DNA of 64,000 nt from Phallusia mammillata (Eukaryota). Below are positions 62,501 through 64,000 of this stretch, one piece after another (the stretch's first letter is position 1; each line of letters starts with the position of its first letter). The notes under the pieces were generated by a model. It did not search any database and was not told the DNA's origin. It saw only the letters and a list, made by a program, of their open reading frames with translations. Made by a program: the position numbers and the translations under genes. The DNA lies in NCBI GenBank assembly GCA_965637545.1, contig OZ281498.1:26474001-26538000 (forward strand), given 5' to 3'.

Positions 62501-63649
62501 GGTCAAACTTCAGGAGGATCAAATTTTGGTTAATAACTAACATCTGACAAAATTTAAACAAATTTGAAGCACTCTTTCTTGACCAAACACATATAACAAA
62601 CCATGTTTTAAAAATTTTGCATTTTGGGGGCCTGTGGGTGAACCGCTGGGTCAATCGGGGTCAAACTTCAGGAGGATCAAATTTTGATTAATAACTAACA
62701 TCTGTGCAAATTTGAATAAATTTGAAGCACTCTTTCTTAACCAAACGCGTCTAACAAGCCAGCGTTAGACAGAAAAAAGAAAAAAAAAATACGGACAAAA
62801 ACAATATGTGTCCCCTTCAGGGAAGGGGACCCATAAAAAACACCAACAATGTGTTTTGTTTTCGCAGTTCGTTTGCAATCGACGACGAATCAGACAATTA
62901 TCGTTTACATGTTTCTGACTTTAGTGGAACGGCTGGTGACAGTTTGAGATATCACAACGGAATGCAATTCAGCACCAAAGATCGGGATAATGATCTGTAA
63001 ATACAGTTTATGTACATTAGTATAAAAATATTTCCGCATTGTCAAATGAAAAGATTATTTTTGTTCCATTGTGAATTTGTTTTATGACGTCATATTGCAA
63101 GACAAAACAATTGTGCAAAATCAATTGCACAGAAATCATATAAACTACAGGAAAAACACAATGAAAAAAATTGCAAAATAAATTTTTGGCTAAATTAAAA
63201 AACAACTGAGTAAATACAAAAATCTTCACTACACTCGTAGGTTTAATATTCGTGTTTTAAACCGTTAATTGCAAAATAAAAAATACCAAAAAGTCATTTG
63301 TTAGTTACCGTGTGACGTCATAAAATCAACAAACCAGCTTGTGTGACGTCACAACTGATAAAGTAATGGCGCTATTGGTTGAAACACACGATTAAATATT
63401 TCACCATGTGTTTGTGTAGTTTGTATCGAGGTTAAGTTTTATTGGAATATTACATTGTGACACAGGAAGAGTTGGGGCAACTGTGCACTTGGTTATCGCG
63501 CTGACGGTGGATGGTGGTATCGTAGTTGTTACCAATCTAAACTCAACGCTGAATGGGGAAGACGAGGTCACGAGCACAACATGCTCTGGGGATACTGGAA
63601 ACGGAATGAAGGAATTAAAGAATCAACGATGATGTTTAAATGCGAATAA
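32591..63649 (+). CDS. Giant modular extracellular protein with no own start found: 26 CCP/Sushi, 4 MAM, 4 EGF and a C-terminal fibrinogen (FBG) domain
   Basis: CCP-A exons start at 32591, 34110, 35716, 37105, 41137, 45732, 50327, 54934. CCP-B at 32916, 34521, 36127, 39967, 44562, 49157, 53756. CCP-C at 33225, 34830, 36436 (frameshifted), 40276, 44871, 49466, 54065. CCP-D at 37563, 41595, 46190, 50785. Three-exon MAMs start at 38065, 42656, 47251, 51848. EGFs at 39416, 44011, 48606, 53203. FBG exons follow. Module junctions are all phase 1. Confidence 0.85.
32780..37300 (+). repeat. Tandem array 1: three units of about 1.6 kb (CCP-B, CCP-C, CCP-A)
   Basis: CCP-B exon starts 32916, 34521 and 36127 give periods of 1605 and 1606. 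The introns also align. Confidence 0.95.
38065..38830 (+). CDS. MAM domain (three exons; first of four copies)
   Basis: Exons 38065-38175, 38396-38546 and 38688-38830 encode LECDFE…CGF…GWTR…GYIAV…LTSP…CFKFFY…W…[10 protein letters not shown]…C. Confidence 0.85.
39416..39526 (+). CDS. EGF-like domain exon (first of four)
   Basis: [35 protein letters not shown] has six-cysteine EGF spacing; phase 1-1. Confidence 0.92.
41976..42296. mobile_element. hAT (Charlie-like) MITE; copies also at 46571-46891 and 51166-51488
   Basis: Degenerate TIRs CAGGGGCGGCCC / TTTGGGCACCCATG and TSD GTTTAGAC / GGTTAGGC. Absent from the equivalent intron of the first unit (37740-38064). Confidence 0.7.
55470..63649 (+). 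CDS. Fibrinogen C-terminal (FBG/FReD) domain, ficolin/tachylectin-like
   Basis: Exons 55470-55576, 55644-55740 ([24 protein letters not shown]…EFWLG), 55801-55897, 62868-62996 ([25 protein letters not shown]) and 63466-63649 (C…[14 protein letters not shown]…MMFKCE*). Phases are consistent. Confidence 0.95.
56180..56646. mobile_element. hAT (Charlie-like) MITE
   Basis: TIRs CAGCGGTTCTC / GAGAACCACTG and TSD GGCTGGAT / GTCTCGAT (6 of 8 match). Confidence 0.7.
58105..58402. mobile_element. hAT MITE (CAGGGAGTCGAACC TIR); related copy at 60768-61152
   Basis: TIRs CAGGGAGTCGAACC / GGTTCGAATTCCTG and TSD GTTTAAAC on both sides (58097-58104, 58403-58410). Confidence 0.8.
58411..58852. mobile_element. 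hAT MITE (TAGAGATGTACCGAAT TIR); partial copy at about 60120-60320
   Basis: TIRs TAGAGATGTACCGAAT / ATTCGGTACATCACCA and TSD GTTTAAAC / GTTAAAAC. Confidence 0.8.
59517..59678. mobile_element. 162-bp hAT MITE
   Basis: Perfect 14-bp TIR CAGTGCCGGATTAA and perfect TSD CAAATACG. The empty site is visible in the paralogous block near 57890. Confidence 0.95.
62137..62835 (+). mobile_element. Helentron/HINE-like element with three internal core repeats of about 150 bp
   Basis: Cores GGGGGCCTGTGGGTGAACC at about 62321, 62465 and 62624. The 3' hairpin 62810-62830 is identical to the one at 19536-19556. The 5' boundary is approximate. Confidence 0.65.
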
Positions 63650-63650
63650 A
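63645..63650 (+). terminator. Polyadenylation signal AATAAA overlapping the FBG stop codon (another at about 63794)
   Basis: GAATAAA spans the final codon and the TAA. Confidence 0.45.
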
Positions 63651-64000
63651 ATCAACATTTCTCTTCCAAAGATGAAAATATGGACTTTTATTAATTTTTC
63701 CGTATCAGTGTAAATTATGTAAATACAATTACTCTGTTGAATTGTTTAAATCTTGCTAAATTAAAAATTCGCCAAATTCTATCTTTTAACCGTTAATAAA
63801 TAGGAATTATTAAAACAAAGTAACTAAGTTTTTTCTCCAAAGTGTGATTCAATTGATTTTATGCGAATTAATTTGAATGTAAATATACATGCAGATAAAC
63901 CGTGGTATTATTACTAAGAATTCAAATACGTGTAAAATTGTTTGCATCAAAAACATAGATTTGATTTTGTGAATACAATACACGGCTCAATCAGCACTTG

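Overview
This is AT-rich eukaryotic (metazoan) DNA with many short GT-AG introns of about 60-100 nt. The gene structure looks like an invertebrate chordate, probably an ascidian; this is inferred, not proven. Most entries in the six-frame ORF track are spurious or are exon-plus-intron read-throughs. (1) 1-15.5 kb: a possible CDS 3' end, then spliced-looking transcription units with no coherent ORF. Two paralogous multi-exon units (+ 8.0-10.1 kb and - 15.3-13.3 kb) face each other. Between them is a GC-rich core with six tRNA-like Pol III A-box/B-box modules, an inner inverted repeat and strong hairpins. (2) 16.8-25 kb, minus strand: disabled, intron-retaining fragments of CEP104 and eIF3b, mixed with a Helentron-like element, a Penelope-like remnant ending in a minimal hammerhead ribozyme, and hAT MITEs. 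(3) 28.0-32.1 kb: an 11-exon secreted protease (signal peptide-WAP-CCP(internally deleted)-CCP-trypsin) with an intact triad and complement-like features. (4) 32.6-63.6 kb: a leaderless exon array built from nested 1.6-kb and 4.6-kb tandem duplications. It encodes 26 CCP, 4 MAM and 4 EGF modules plus a C-terminal fibrinogen (FBG) domain. No start codon or signal exon was found for the array, and all module boundaries are phase 1. The best hypothesis is one locus that makes either a complement-like protease or a giant (about 2,700 aa) FBG lectin scaffold from a shared WAP-CCP leader.
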